This document shows positions 27,488 to 37,099 of a stretch of DNA of 42,488 bases, in pieces. The stretch spans positions 1 through 42,488 of the forward strand of contig CALVIF010000002.1 in the NCBI GenBank assembly GCA_944329395.1. The letters run 5' to 3'. A program made the translations under genes and the position numbers. Origin of the DNA: an uncultured Bacilli bacterium (lineage in GTDB: Bacteria; Bacillota_I; Bacilli_A; RF39; UBA660). The notes beneath the pieces are model-generated. The model did no database searches and was not told the origin of the DNA. It saw nothing but the letters and a program-made list of their open reading frames with translations. Position 1 is the stretch's first letter; every line of letters starts with the position of its first letter.

Positions 27488-29356
27488 CTATTTATTTGTT
27501 TTTACTTTTTGCTTTTCTGATACAATATTCATTTTTTGGATATCATCTTTTCTGATACCTTCAAAATCTACCTTTCCATTCGGCGTGTATTTTAAATCAT
27601 CATTAAATTCATAATAACGTGGTAAAACTTCAACACCTATTCTCTCAGCTATTAGTGCTTGAGTAGCATCTTGAATTTTACTTCTATTCTCTTCAGTATC
27701 ATTTTCTATTACAAAGTGTACTTTAGGAACTTGACGTAATTCTGCATCAGGAATTGGTACAACTGCACATTTCTTAACACCAGGTATAGAAGATATTAAT
27801 TCCTCCATTTCTGGTGGATAAACATTATTTAATCCACAAACAAATAATCTTTTAATTCTACCTACTAATTCAATAGTACCATCTTCATCTATTTTAGCTA
27901 AATCACCAGTTGCAAACCATCTAGTACCATCCTCACTAACTTTTATAGCTTTATTTGATTCTTCTTCATTATTATGATATCTAAGCATTAATGAAGGCGT
28001 TGTTACATATAATTCTCCAACATTATTATAATATTCTTCTTCACCAGTATTTGGATTAACTATTTTAGCATTATCATATACATGTAAAATTCCAACAGTT
28101 CCTTCCCTACTTTTATTTCCTTCTTTTAAAGTTACTGAACCGCCTAATTCTGATGCACCAAAACCATTACAAATTGTTTCTTGAGCCCCACCTTTTATTA
28201 AACTTTCATTGATTTTTCTTTCTTTTACAACTGGTAAACTTTCACCACCTGATACTGGCGCTTTCATATTTGAAAGACATCCTGGTATAACCTCAGAATT
28301 ATCAATTAATGTTTCCCAATGAACAGGTCCACCAAAGGCCATTGCCGGATTTAATCTTTTTAAATTCTTTAAAAAATTCTCTGGAGAAGCATCTAATAAC
28401 AAATGCGTTTCTAAGCCCCTACACAATGCAAGATGAAGAGTAAACATACCAAAAATCATAAATTGCGGTAATATATTCATAAATACATCACCACGTTTTA
28501 CATTTTCCATTATATATCTATGAGAAAATACCATATTATTTAAAGCATCATTAGATAATTCAACACCCTTATGCACTCCAGTAGTACCACCTGTATATGA
28601 TATAGCAGCTAAAGAACCTTCTTCATATACATCAAAATTAGCAAAATTTAAACTACTATTTTGATTTAATTTTGGCCAACGTCTCTTTAAAGAAAATGGA
28701 ACGTTTCCTTCTAAAAACTTTTGTGATATATATAAAGACTTCACCATTTTATTATTAAGTGAATTAATAGGTGATGTAACCACAACATTCTTAATTCCTA
28801 ACTTTTCACTTACCTTTTTCACTTTTTTATAATTATCCATAATACCTATATACATCTTTACGTTTAGATCTTTTAAGTCACGTTCTAATCCATATTCATT
28901 AGCTCTTGGATCAATCGGACAATAAATAGCTCCCATTTTTGATAATGCATAAAATGCATAAACAGATTCTGGCGTATTTGCTAAACTTACAGCTACTTTA
29001 TCACCTTTTCTTATACCATAAATCCTTTGTAAAGTTTCACTAAGCGAATCTATATTTGAAAATAATTCTCCATAAGTTATTTCATTTTTTCCAAAATCTG
29101 TATCAAATACTATCGCAATATCATCTAAGTGATTTTTACTTTGCTCTTTTAAATAATCATACATTGTCATTTTTGGAAAATCTAACTTTAAAGCTTCCTC
29201 AGGATAAAACTTTAAATGCGGTTTATCCATACTAGGTTTCCCTGTTGGAGGCCCTTGAATCTCCCCAGTAGCTAATTTTCTTAAATATAAATTTCTAATT
29301 TGTTCTTCTGATAAATCTTCTTCATAAAATTTTAGATTTTTAGTAGTTGTATCCAT
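27488..29356 (-). CDS. AMP-forming acyl-CoA/fatty-acid ligase (ANL superfamily)
   Basis: AMP-binding motif SYTGGTTGVHKGV, then GELYV, ATGDLAKIDEDG and GRIKR. SD aaGGGGGataatATG. Confidence 0.85.
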   Translation of the reverse strand: MDTTTKNLKFYEEDLSEEQIRNLYLRKLATGEIQGPPTGKPSMDKPHLKFYPEEALKLDFPKMTMYDYLKEQSKNHLDDIAIVFDTDFGKNEITYGELFSNIDSLSETLQRIYGIRKGDKVAVSLANTPESVYAFYALSKMGAIYCPIDPRANEYGLERDLKDLNVKMYIGIMDNYKKVKKVSEKLGIKNVVVTSPINSLNNKMVKSLYISQKFLEGNVPFSLKRRWPKLNQNSSLNFANFDVYEEGSLAAISYTGGTTGVHKGVELSNDALNNMVFSHRYIMENVKRGDVFMNILPQFMIFGMFTLHLALCRGLETHLLLDASPENFLKNLKRLNPAMAFGGPVHWETLIDNSEVIPGCLSNMKAPVSGGESLPVVKERKINESLIKGGAQETICNGFGASELGGSVTLKEGNKSREGTVGILHVYDNAKIVNPNTGEEEYYNNVGELYVTTPSLMLRYHNNEEESNKAIKVSEDGTRWFATGDLAKIDEDGTIELVGRIKRLFVCGLNNVYPPEMEELISSIPGVKKCAVVPIPDAELRQVPKVHFVIENDTEENRSKIQDATQALIAERIGVEVLPRYYEFNDDLKYTPNGKVDFEGIRKDDIQKMNIVSEKQKVKTNK

Positions 29357-29380
29357 ATTATCCCCCTTTATTTATCGCAT

Positions 29381-29409
29381 ATTATAACACATTTTATCTT
29401 ATTTTTCAA
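29381..29409 (-). promoter_or_regulatory. Near-consensus sigma-A promoter for the acyl-ligase gene
   Basis: On the minus strand: TTGAAA (29409-29404), a 17-nt spacer, TGT and then TATAAT (29386-29381). This leaves a leader of only about 20 nt. Confidence 0.6.
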
Positions 29410-29718
29410 GGAGTAAGAAAAAATTACAAAGTAAAAGCAGTAGTTAAAATCTAAAAAATCTAAAAAATACTGCTTAAATTGTTCATAAATTCTAAAAAGC
29501 AAAACGACTCTTAACACTATAATTTTATATAATAATAAGTAATTATGCAAGCATTTTTCAAATCTAAGTCATCATAATCAACAAATTACTTTTCAAAAAA
29601 ATTTAAAAAAGTACATTTATTTTTAATAATTTTGTTTTTTTACAAATTTTAAAATAATATTCCTGATTTTTTACTTAATTTTTTAATATTAATATAAAAC
29701 CATACTACGTTAAAATAC

Positions 29719-30603
29719 CTATTTCCTTCTTAATTCTTCTAACTTATCCTGAAATTCTTTTGGTGGATTAACTTCAAAGAATAATTCTTTGCCTGTTCTT
29801 GGATGTTTAAATTTTATACTCTTAGAATGAAGCATTTGACCAAATTCTGTTGCTTTCTTTTTGTTATATAGTGGATCATTAGAAACAGGATGATTAATAT
29901 ATGCTAAATGAACTCTAATTTGATGAGTTCTTCCTGTTTGTAATATACATTCAAGTAAAGTATTATTTTTAAAGCGCTCTAAAACTTTAAAATTTGTTAT
30001 AGCTTCTTTAGCATTTACATCAGTTACAGCCATTTTTTGTCTATCTTTAACATCTCTACCAATTGGTGCATCAATTGTACCAGTATCATGTTTTATTATT
30101 CCATCAACAATGGCTAAGTATTTTCTTTCAACATCCTTATTAGCAATCATTTTAGCTAATTGTTCATGAGCCCATTCGTTTTTAGCAACTAACATAAGAC
30201 CGCTTGTATCTTTATCCAATCGATGGACGATTCCTGGTCTTATATTATTAGTAGCTGATAAGTCAAATCTATACAATAAAGCATTAACTAGCGTATTTGT
30301 ATAATGTCCAGGGGCTGGATGTACAACCATGCCACTTTCTTTGTTAATTACTAGTAAATCATCATCCTCATAAATTACATCTATTGGAATATTTTCCGGC
30401 TCTATATTAACTTCATAATTTAAATCATTATTTATTTCTATTTTATCATTTTGTTGTACTAAATAATTAGCATTAACTTTTTTTCCATTTACAATTACTA
30501 AATTTTCTGTAATTAACTTTTTTACTTTACTCCTTGATAATTCTAACTTTTTAGCTAAATATGAATCTATTCGTAATGCTTCTTCTTCAGTTACTATTAT
30601 CAT
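29719..30603 (-). CDS. rluD: 23S rRNA pseudouridine synthase, RluD/RluA family
   Basis: S4-like N-terminus (RIDSYLAK...SRSKVKKLI), catalytic HRLDKDTSGL, RKYLAIVDG and GRTHQIRVH. Confidence 0.9.
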   Translation of the reverse strand: MIIVTEEEALRIDSYLAKKLELSRSKVKKLITENLVIVNGKKVNANYLVQQNDKIEINNDLNYEVNIEPENIPIDVIYEDDDLLVINKESGMVVHPAPGHYTNTLVNALLYRFDLSATNNIRPGIVHRLDKDTSGLMLVAKNEWAHEQLAKMIANKDVERKYLAIVDGIIKHDTGTIDAPIGRDVKDRQKMAVTDVNAKEAITNFKVLERFKNNTLLECILQTGRTHQIRVHLAYINHPVSNDPLYNKKKATEFGQMLHSKSIKFKHPRTGKELFFEVNPPKEFQDKLEELRRK

Positions 30604-31084
30604 TTCTTTTTTCCTCCTTTTTTTCAGTTATAATAAAAATTATTATTAAAAAGAATGTTCCTAAACAAATTGCAATATCTGCAATATTAAAAACTGGAAA
30701 ACTATATTTAAATATAAATATTGATAAAAAGTCTGTTACTTTTTGATAAATTATTCTATCTATTAAATTACCCATAATTCCTCCAAGTAAAATACCAAGA
30801 GGGAAATATGATATTTTTGGTAGTTTTTCTTCAAGAATGAATTTATTTAAAATAACTAAACAAATTATGCTAATTAAAATCAAAAAGTATATTTGATTTC
30901 CTAAAATGCTGAAGGCTGCTCCTTCATTTTCGACATAATATAAAGAAAAGAAATTAGGAATTACTTTTATTTCTTGATATATTACCATTTTACTTTTGAT
31001 AATATTTTTCACTATTTGATCTATTAATAATGTAATCAATGATATTATATAGATTGTTTTCTTATTTTTTAATTTAGTTATCAT
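30587..31084 (-). CDS. lspA: Lipoprotein signal peptidase II
   Basis: NEGAAFS, GNLIDR and FNIADIAI motifs with four TM helices. It overlaps rluD by 17 nt and dnaE by 11 nt. Confidence 0.9.
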   Translation of the reverse strand: MITKLKNKKTIYIISLITLLIDQIVKNIIKSKMVIYQEIKVIPNFFSLYYVENEGAAFSILGNQIYFLILISIICLVILNKFILEEKLPKISYFPLGILLGGIMGNLIDRIIYQKVTDFLSIFIFKYSFPVFNIADIAICLGTFFLIIIFIITEKKEEKRNDNSN

Positions 31085-34031
31085 TTTCCACCTTTTCTTG
31101 CAAATTTTTTATTTTTTCAATTATTATTTGATATTGATTTAATCTTTTTTCAACATTTCCTCTAACTTTTAGTAAATCGCCTTTTTGTATGTTGTTATAT
31201 TCTTTATAAAGTTTTGGAAATAAAATATAGTCTGCAGTAGCTGTTTCATCACTTCCTGTGATAAAGGCCATTTTATCACCTTTTTTTGTTTCAATTATTT
31301 TTATTTTATCAACTAAAATTAAGGTGTCTATTTTTTTAGAAAAATATTGATTAATATTATTTAATGCTATACAGTATGGATTATCTTTTTTGTATATTGT
31401 TGTTGGGTGTGAAGAAAGATAAAAACCAAAAAGTTCTTTTTCTTTTTCTAGAAGATAAGGAGTAGAATATTCTTTTTGTTCTTCGATTTCTGGTTTCATT
31501 ACTAAACTTGGATCAATATCTTTAGTTAATTCTGCATAATTATATAGACTGTCTAAATTGTATATTAATGTTGAGCGATTAATTTTAAATTCTTTAAAAA
31601 CATCAGCATATATTAGTACTTCGAAAGTTTTTTTGCCGATTCCTGCTATATATAATCTACTAAAGCAGTCATATATATCTATAAATGGTCCATTATTTTT
31701 GGCTTCTTTTATAGTTGCTGAGGCTACTATACCAACTGATTTAATATTGGATATTGGATAAATAATTTTTCCATCTTTAACTATATATTTATCTTCACTT
31801 TGATTAATTGTTGGCTTTAAGATATCTATTTTGTTAGCTTTAGCTTCCATTATATATTCATAAGTTTTTGTTTCACTACCAATAACATTTGTTAAAAGAT
31901 TAGCAAAAAATATCGTTTGATAGTGTGTTTTTAAGTATGCCATTTTATATGCAATTATTGCATATGCTACTGAATGTGAACGGTTAAATCCATATCCTGC
32001 AAAATTTAAAATTAATGTAAATATTTGTTCAGCTTGTTCTTTACTATGCCCTTTTTGAATACTTTTTGATACGAATTTTTCTTCTTCATTTTTTAATAAA
32101 TCAACCTTTTTTTTGCTCATAGCTCGTCTTAAGATGTCAGCTTCTCCTAATGAATAACCAGCATAAATACTTGCAAGTTGCATTATTTGCTCTTGATAAA
32201 TTAAAATTCCATATGTATTACTTAAAATTTCTTTTAAAGAATTATCAAGATAAGTTATTTTTTCTTCTCCATGTTTTCTTTTGATATAAGAATCAATATT
32301 TATTGCAGGTCCTGGACGAAATAGGGCAATAGCTGCAAAAATATCTTCAAATGTACTAGGCTTTAATCTTCGTAGGAAATTACGCATTCCAACTGATTCA
32401 AATTGAAATATTCCGCTTGTATTAGCTATTTTGAAAACTTCTAATGTTTCTTTATCATCCAAAGGTATTTTGGAAAATTCTATTTCATCACTGGTCTCAT
32501 TTTTTATGTCATTAATTATATTGTCAATTATAGTTAAGTTTTTTAATCCTAGAAAGTCCATTTTTAATAAACCTAGCTCTTCTAAATACTCCATTGAATA
32601 ACTTGTTAAATATATTCCATCACCAACAGTTAAAGGGATTATTTCATCAAGAGGAATCTGGCTCATAACAATTCCGGCTGCATGTGAGGATGTATGTCTT
32701 GGGAAGCCTTCTAATTTTAAAGCAATTTTATACATATTTGTCAAAAGTGTATCATTTTCTATCTGTGTTTTAAATAATTGGTTATTTTCATAAAAATCTT
32801 TTAATCTTTCTTTTGTAGTATTAGGAATAATTTTTGTCAATTGATCAATTTTATATGTTGGAATATTTAATACCCTACTAACATCTCTTATTACTTGCTT
32901 AGCACTAAGTGTTCCAAATGTGACAATTCCACAAACATTTCTTTTTCCATATTTTCCAATAACATAATTAATCACTTCTTCACGTCTATTATCTGGAAAA
33001 TCTGTATCAATATCAGGCATTGTTTTTCGTTCTGGATTTAGAAAACGCTCGAATAATAAATCATATTTTATTGGATCAATATCTGTAATTCCAAGTGAAT
33101 ATGCTACTAATGATCCGGCGGCACTTCCTCTTCCTGGTCCTACTAAAATTCCGTTTTTTTTGGCAAACCTGATGAAATCATAAACAACTAAAAAGTAATT
33201 AGGAAAATTCATTTCATCAATCACTTTTAATTCATATATTAATCTATTTTTATAGTTTTCAGGGATTATTCCATTTAAACGTTTGGCTAAGCCTTTTTTA
33301 CATAACTCGAACAAATATTGTTTTGGATTCTCACAATCATAAATTGGCAATAACAATTTAGATGGCGGAAATTCTAAATTACATGAATCACAGATTTTAA
33401 TAGTATTAATTAGGCCATCATTATCAGTTAAATCCAAAATATTATTAATTTCTAATTCATGGTTTTCAGTTTCGTAATAAATATCGTCACTGACAGTTTT
33501 TCCATCTCTAATTTTATATAAATATGATAAGTATGTAGAATCATTTTTTGATAGATATAAATTTTCTCTAAAAAAAACAATATTATTTGTTATTATTTTA
33601 GCTTCTAATTTTTCTTTTTTAGTGGTATATCCCAAATAAATTTCACTATATATTTCCTTTAAATTAGTAAATTTTTCTTTATATTTATATGGAATTATAG
33701 CAATAACATTTTTATTATATTTATATAATTCTTCTTCAAGTACTTTTTTTTCATTTTGAATAGTTGAAAGTTTTATAATATTTTTATATCCTTCATAATT
33801 TTTAGCATATAAAACAATATTATAGGTATCTAATAATATATCTAAGCCAATTACTGGCTTTATATTTTTGTTTTTACATTTTGTAATAAATTCCATTGTT
33901 CCATACATTGTGGTATCGGCTATAGCCATACAAGAGATATTATTTTTTTCTGCATAAGTAATTAAATCATCTATCTTTAATAAACTTGATAATAGTGTGT
34001 AATTACTCTTTGTATATAATGGAATATACAT
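31074..34031 (-). CDS. dnaE: DNA polymerase III alpha subunit, DnaE type
   Basis: PHP N-domain, GPGRGSAAGSLVAYSLGITDIDP, MPDIDTDF and FNRSHSVAYA. SD AGGAGGtattagtATG. Confidence 0.95.
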   Translation of the reverse strand: MYIPLYTKSNYTLLSSLLKIDDLITYAEKNNISCMAIADTTMYGTMEFITKCKNKNIKPVIGLDILLDTYNIVLYAKNYEGYKNIIKLSTIQNEKKVLEEELYKYNKNVIAIIPYKYKEKFTNLKEIYSEIYLGYTTKKEKLEAKIITNNIVFFRENLYLSKNDSTYLSYLYKIRDGKTVSDDIYYETENHELEINNILDLTDNDGLINTIKICDSCNLEFPPSKLLLPIYDCENPKQYLFELCKKGLAKRLNGIIPENYKNRLIYELKVIDEMNFPNYFLVVYDFIRFAKKNGILVGPGRGSAAGSLVAYSLGITDIDPIKYDLLFERFLNPERKTMPDIDTDFPDNRREEVINYVIGKYGKRNVCGIVTFGTLSAKQVIRDVSRVLNIPTYKIDQLTKIIPNTTKERLKDFYENNQLFKTQIENDTLLTNMYKIALKLEGFPRHTSSHAAGIVMSQIPLDEIIPLTVGDGIYLTSYSMEYLEELGLLKMDFLGLKNLTIIDNIINDIKNETSDEIEFSKIPLDDKETLEVFKIANTSGIFQFESVGMRNFLRRLKPSTFEDIFAAIALFRPGPAINIDSYIKRKHGEEKITYLDNSLKEILSNTYGILIYQEQIMQLASIYAGYSLGEADILRRAMSKKKVDLLKNEEEKFVSKSIQKGHSKEQAEQIFTLILNFAGYGFNRSHSVAYAIIAYKMAYLKTHYQTIFFANLLTNVIGSETKTYEYIMEAKANKIDILKPTINQSEDKYIVKDGKIIYPISNIKSVGIVASATIKEAKNNGPFIDIYDCFSRLYIAGIGKKTFEVLIYADVFKEFKINRSTLIYNLDSLYNYAELTKDIDPSLVMKPEIEEQKEYSTPYLLEKEKELFGFYLSSHPTTIYKKDNPYCIALNNINQYFSKKIDTLILVDKIKIIETKKGDKMAFITGSDETATADYILFPKLYKEYNNIQKGDLLKVRGNVEKRLNQYQIIIEKIKNLQEKVENDN

Positions 34032-34156
34032 ACTAATACCTCCTTTTTTATTTATTTTATCATAAAGTTATATTTATGAAAATAAATCTAAAAAATATTT
34101 TTTAGATATAAATAAGTCATTTTATGTAAAAACGAACTTTATTTATTAGGTTTTAT

Positions 34157-34185
34157 TTGACTTTATTTAATATTTATGTTAAAGT
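34157..34185 (+). promoter_or_regulatory. Sigma-A promoter for rpmB
   Basis: TTGACT (34157-34162), a 17-nt spacer, TGT and then TAAAGT (34180-34185). Confidence 0.5.
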
Positions 34186-34225
34186 TATTAAGCAGAAAGA
34201 AAAAGACCGAAGGAGGAAGATTTTA

Positions 34226-34405
34226 ATGGCAATAAATATTTCAAATAGAACTGGTAATATAAAAAACAAAAGATCTCATGCATTAAATGCCACTAAGACT
34301 AGACAAAAATTAAACTTACAAATATTTAGACTTGCTGATGGTACAAAGACTAGACTTTCTACTAAAGAAAAGAGAACTTTATTAAAGAATCAAAAAGCTG
34401 CATAA
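34226..34405 (+). CDS. rpmB: 50S ribosomal protein L28
   Basis: KRSHALNATKTRQKLNLQ core. The real start is the internal ATG at 34226, 9 nt after AGGAGG. The 23-codon upstream extension in the ORF track is rejected. Confidence 0.9.
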   Translation: MAINISNRTGNIKNKRSHALNATKTRQKLNLQIFRLADGTKTRLSTKEKRTLLKNQKAA

Positions 34406-34423
34406 TTTATGCAGCTTTTTTTG
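34393..34423. terminator. Bidirectional rho-independent terminator between convergent rpmB and the 34442 gene
   Basis: Stem (a)gctgca / tgcagc(t) (34397-34402 with 34410-34415), extended by A/T pairs, 7-nt loop, with an A-run on the left and a T-run on the right. Confidence 0.65.
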
Positions 34424-34441
34424 TTTTAGTTTGTTTTTTGT

Positions 34442-35113
34442 TTACTGGCAAGTGTAGCCTAAACTTTTTCCTTTAGTAATGACAGCTTCTTTAGTATCAT
34501 CTAAAGCAAATTCTACTTTAGTAACAACATTTAAAGCATGATATGCATTTAACATTGTTGAATCTAGGGTTGCTAAATCTATTGAAACGATAGTTTCAAA
34601 ACCAGATCCTTTATCATTTGTTACAATTTGATATCCTGGAATTTGTAAATGATCAAATGTTTGATGATATGCTGCTTTTAAATGTGGAACTGAAGTTGAT
34701 GCCAAAGCTTCTTGACCAGCAGTTGGATTGACGTTCATAACTTTTGTATAACTTTTTAGTGTGTTATTGTTAAAAATTAATGTCATGTCAACTGTCATAT
34801 CATAGCCTTCTGAACTTGCAAAATTTGTATATCGACAATTTATTGTTGAAACTGGTGAAACGTCATTTTCCTCTACTTCTTTATGATAAACATCTTTTTC
34901 TTTAGTTAAAGAAGTTGAAAAAATTGCGGCAATATTATTATATGATAAACCTAATGTTATGCACATTACTCCTAAAATTGCTAAAATTTTAGCTGGTTTT
35001 TTACTAGTTCTCTTTTCATAGTTTGCCACTTTTTCTAGCTCATTTAAATTCAAAACTTGTGTTTTTGTTAGTTCTTCTCTGGCTAATCTTTCTTCTTTAG
35101 TCATTTTTCTCAT
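34442..35113 (-). CDS. Hypothetical N-terminally anchored extracytoplasmic protein
   Basis: Basic cytoplasmic N-terminus, one TM (ILAILGVMCITLGLSY) and a soluble domain of about 165 aa. The track start at 35122 is a GTG inside the SD (GAGGTGgcattcATG), so the ATG at 35113 is preferred. Confidence 0.65.
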   Translation of the reverse strand: MRKMTKEERLAREELTKTQVLNLNELEKVANYEKRTSKKPAKILAILGVMCITLGLSYNNIAAIFSTSLTKEKDVYHKEVEENDVSPVSTINCRYTNFASSEGYDMTVDMTLIFNNNTLKSYTKVMNVNPTAGQEALASTSVPHLKAAYHQTFDHLQIPGYQIVTNDKGSGFETIVSIDLATLDSTMLNAYHALNVVTKVEFALDDTKEAVITKGKSLGYTCQ

Positions 35114-35163
35114 GAATGCCACCTCTATTCTTAAATTAATTATAACAAATGTTTAATTAATTA

Positions 35164-35194
35164 CAAGAAAAAAATAACTATTTCTAGTTATTTT
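35164..35194 (-). terminator. Rho-independent terminator of typA, overlapping its TAG stop
   Basis: Perfect 10-bp stem aaaataacta / tagttatttt (35171-35180 with 35185-35194), 4-nt loop, with the U-run continuing into 35170-35164. Confidence 0.6.
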
Positions 35195-37001
35195 TTATTC
35201 TAGCGTCATATTTTTTTCTTTCTTCTGTATTTAAGATACGTTTTCTAATACGTATATTATTTGGTGTTACTTCAACTAATTCGTCAGAATTGATATAATC
35301 TAGAGCATATTCTAAAGTAATTGGACGTGGGCGTTTTAGAACAACTGTATGATCTGATCCTGCAGCACGTGTATTAGTTAATTGTTTACCTTTTACTACA
35401 TTTACAGCTAAATCATTATCTCTATTGCATTCTCCTACTACCATTCCCTCATATACTTCAGTTCCTGGTTCAATAAACATAATTCCTCTATCTTCTAAGT
35501 TTCCAATTGAATAAGCTGTTGCTTGTCCGTTTTCCATTGAAACTAAAACACCAAGTTTTCTTTCACCAATTACACCATTTTCATAAGGCATGTATTCTTT
35601 AAATGAGTGATTCATAATTCCATAGCCTTTTGTCATTGTCATGAAATCTGTAGAAAAACCTATTAATCCACGAGATGGTATAGTATATAATAATCTAACT
35701 TGATTTTCAAAGTTATTCATACTTTCCATTTTTCCGCCGCGCATACCTAGTTGTTCAATTACTGTTCCAACACACTCTTCTGGAACTTCTATTTGTAGTT
35801 CCTCGCATGGTTCAAATTTTTGTCCATTGATTTCCTTAATTATTACATTTGGCTTTGATACTTCAAGTTCGAAACCTTCGCGGCGCATATTTTCAATCAA
35901 AATACCTAAGTGTAATTCTCCACGGCCACTTACTAAAAATGACTCATTAGTTGCTGGTTCTACTCTTAAGCTTACATCTTTTTGAGTTTCACGCATTAAT
36001 CTCTCTTCTATTTTTCTTGCTGTTACAATTTTACCGTCTTTTCCAACAAATGGTGATGAGTTAGTACCAAAAGTCATTTGAAGTGTTGGCTCATCTATAT
36101 GTAATAAAGGAAGTGGTAAAATTTCATTAGTATTACATAGAGTTTCTCCTACTGAGATATCAGCAAGTCCTGCTACTGCAATAATATCACCAGCTTCAGC
36201 TTCAGAAATTTCAACACGATTATAGCCGTAAAAGCCAAAAAGTTTTTGAATTCTAAATTGTTTTGTTGTACCATCTAAACGACAGCAAGTTACTACTTCA
36301 CCAGTTTTTATCGTACCATTATGAACTCTTCCAATTCCAATTCTACCAACAAATTCATTATAATCTAGAAGTGCTGGTTGAAACTGTAGTGGTTTGTTTT
36401 TATCTCCAGTTGGCTCTGGAATTTCTTCTAAAATAGTATCTAATATTTCATCAAATCCTTCTGTTTGAGTAGATAAATCATCACTAAATGAACATGTTCC
36501 ATTAACAGCTGATGCATAAATAACTTTAAAGTCTAATTGACTATCATCAGCCCCTAATTCAATAAACAAGTCTAAAACCTCATCAACAACTTGTTTACAT
36601 CTTGCACTTGGCTTATCTACTTTATTAACTACAACTATTGGTTTTACATGAGCTTCAAAAGCCTTTTTTAATACAAAGCGAGTTTGAGGCATTGCACCTT
36701 CATAGGCATCAACTACCAATATAACTCCATCTACCATATTCATTATACGTTCTACTTCGCCACCAAAATCTGCGTGTCCTGGTGTATCTAAAATATTTAT
36801 GCGAACGTTTTTGTAATCAATAGCTGTCGTTTTTGCTAAAATAGTTATTCCACGTTCTTTTTCTAATGCGTTTGAGTCCATTGAAAAATTTGATACATCT
36901 TCATTATCTCTAAACATTCCTGAATGTTTTAAAATACCATCTACTAGTGTAGTTTTACCATGATCAACATGGGCAATAATGGCTATATTTCTCTTATTCA
37001 T
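35184..37001 (-). CDS. typA: Translational GTPase TypA/BipA
   Basis: [26 protein letters not shown] and NKVD, with an EF-G-like domain order. The ATG at 37001 follows GAGGTGtttaaa. The track start at 37010 is the GTG of that SD. Confidence 0.95.
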   Translation of the reverse strand: MNKRNIAIIAHVDHGKTTLVDGILKHSGMFRDNEDVSNFSMDSNALEKERGITILAKTTAIDYKNVRINILDTPGHADFGGEVERIMNMVDGVILVVDAYEGAMPQTRFVLKKAFEAHVKPIVVVNKVDKPSARCKQVVDEVLDLFIELGADDSQLDFKVIYASAVNGTCSFSDDLSTQTEGFDEILDTILEEIPEPTGDKNKPLQFQPALLDYNEFVGRIGIGRVHNGTIKTGEVVTCCRLDGTTKQFRIQKLFGFYGYNRVEISEAEAGDIIAVAGLADISVGETLCNTNEILPLPLLHIDEPTLQMTFGTNSSPFVGKDGKIVTARKIEERLMRETQKDVSLRVEPATNESFLVSGRGELHLGILIENMRREGFELEVSKPNVIIKEINGQKFEPCEELQIEVPEECVGTVIEQLGMRGGKMESMNNFENQVRLLYTIPSRGLIGFSTDFMTMTKGYGIMNHSFKEYMPYENGVIGERKLGVLVSMENGQATAYSIGNLEDRGIMFIEPGTEVYEGMVVGECNRDNDLAVNVVKGKQLTNTRAAGSDHTVVLKRPRPITLEYALDYINSDELVEVTPNNIRIRKRILNTEERKKYDARIKNN

Positions 37002-37030
37002 TTTAAACACCTCTTCTTACGTCGCGTACA

Positions 37031-37059
37031 AGTATATCATAAAAATATTTAAAAATCTA
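37031..37059 (-). promoter_or_regulatory. Putative extended -10 promoter for typA
   Basis: On the minus strand: TAGATT, 17 nt, TATACT with TGA (TGATATACT). The same 12-mer aagtatatcata also occurs at the greA promoter. Confidence 0.35.
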
Positions 37060-37065
37060 GTTATT

Positions 37066-37096
37066 ATAAAAAAAACATCCAAAAATGGATGCTTTT
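37066..37096 (-). terminator. Rho-independent terminator of the arc operon
   Basis: Stem catcca / tggatg (37076-37081 with 37086-37091), 4-nt loop, then 8 U on the minus strand. It starts right after the carrier gene stop. Confidence 0.6.
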
Positions 37097-37099
37097 TGA

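Noticed and set aside
29368-29550. 60-aa minus-strand ORF in the rluD/acyl-ligase spacer
   Set aside because: It has no SD and a hydrophobic low-complexity translation. It also overlaps the well-formed acyl-ligase promoter, so it is most likely spurious.
34157-34225. 23-codon N-terminal extension of rpmB in the ORF track
   Set aside because: The AGGAGG SD and the conserved L28 N-terminus fit the ATG at 34226. The extension overlaps the predicted -35/-10 promoter.
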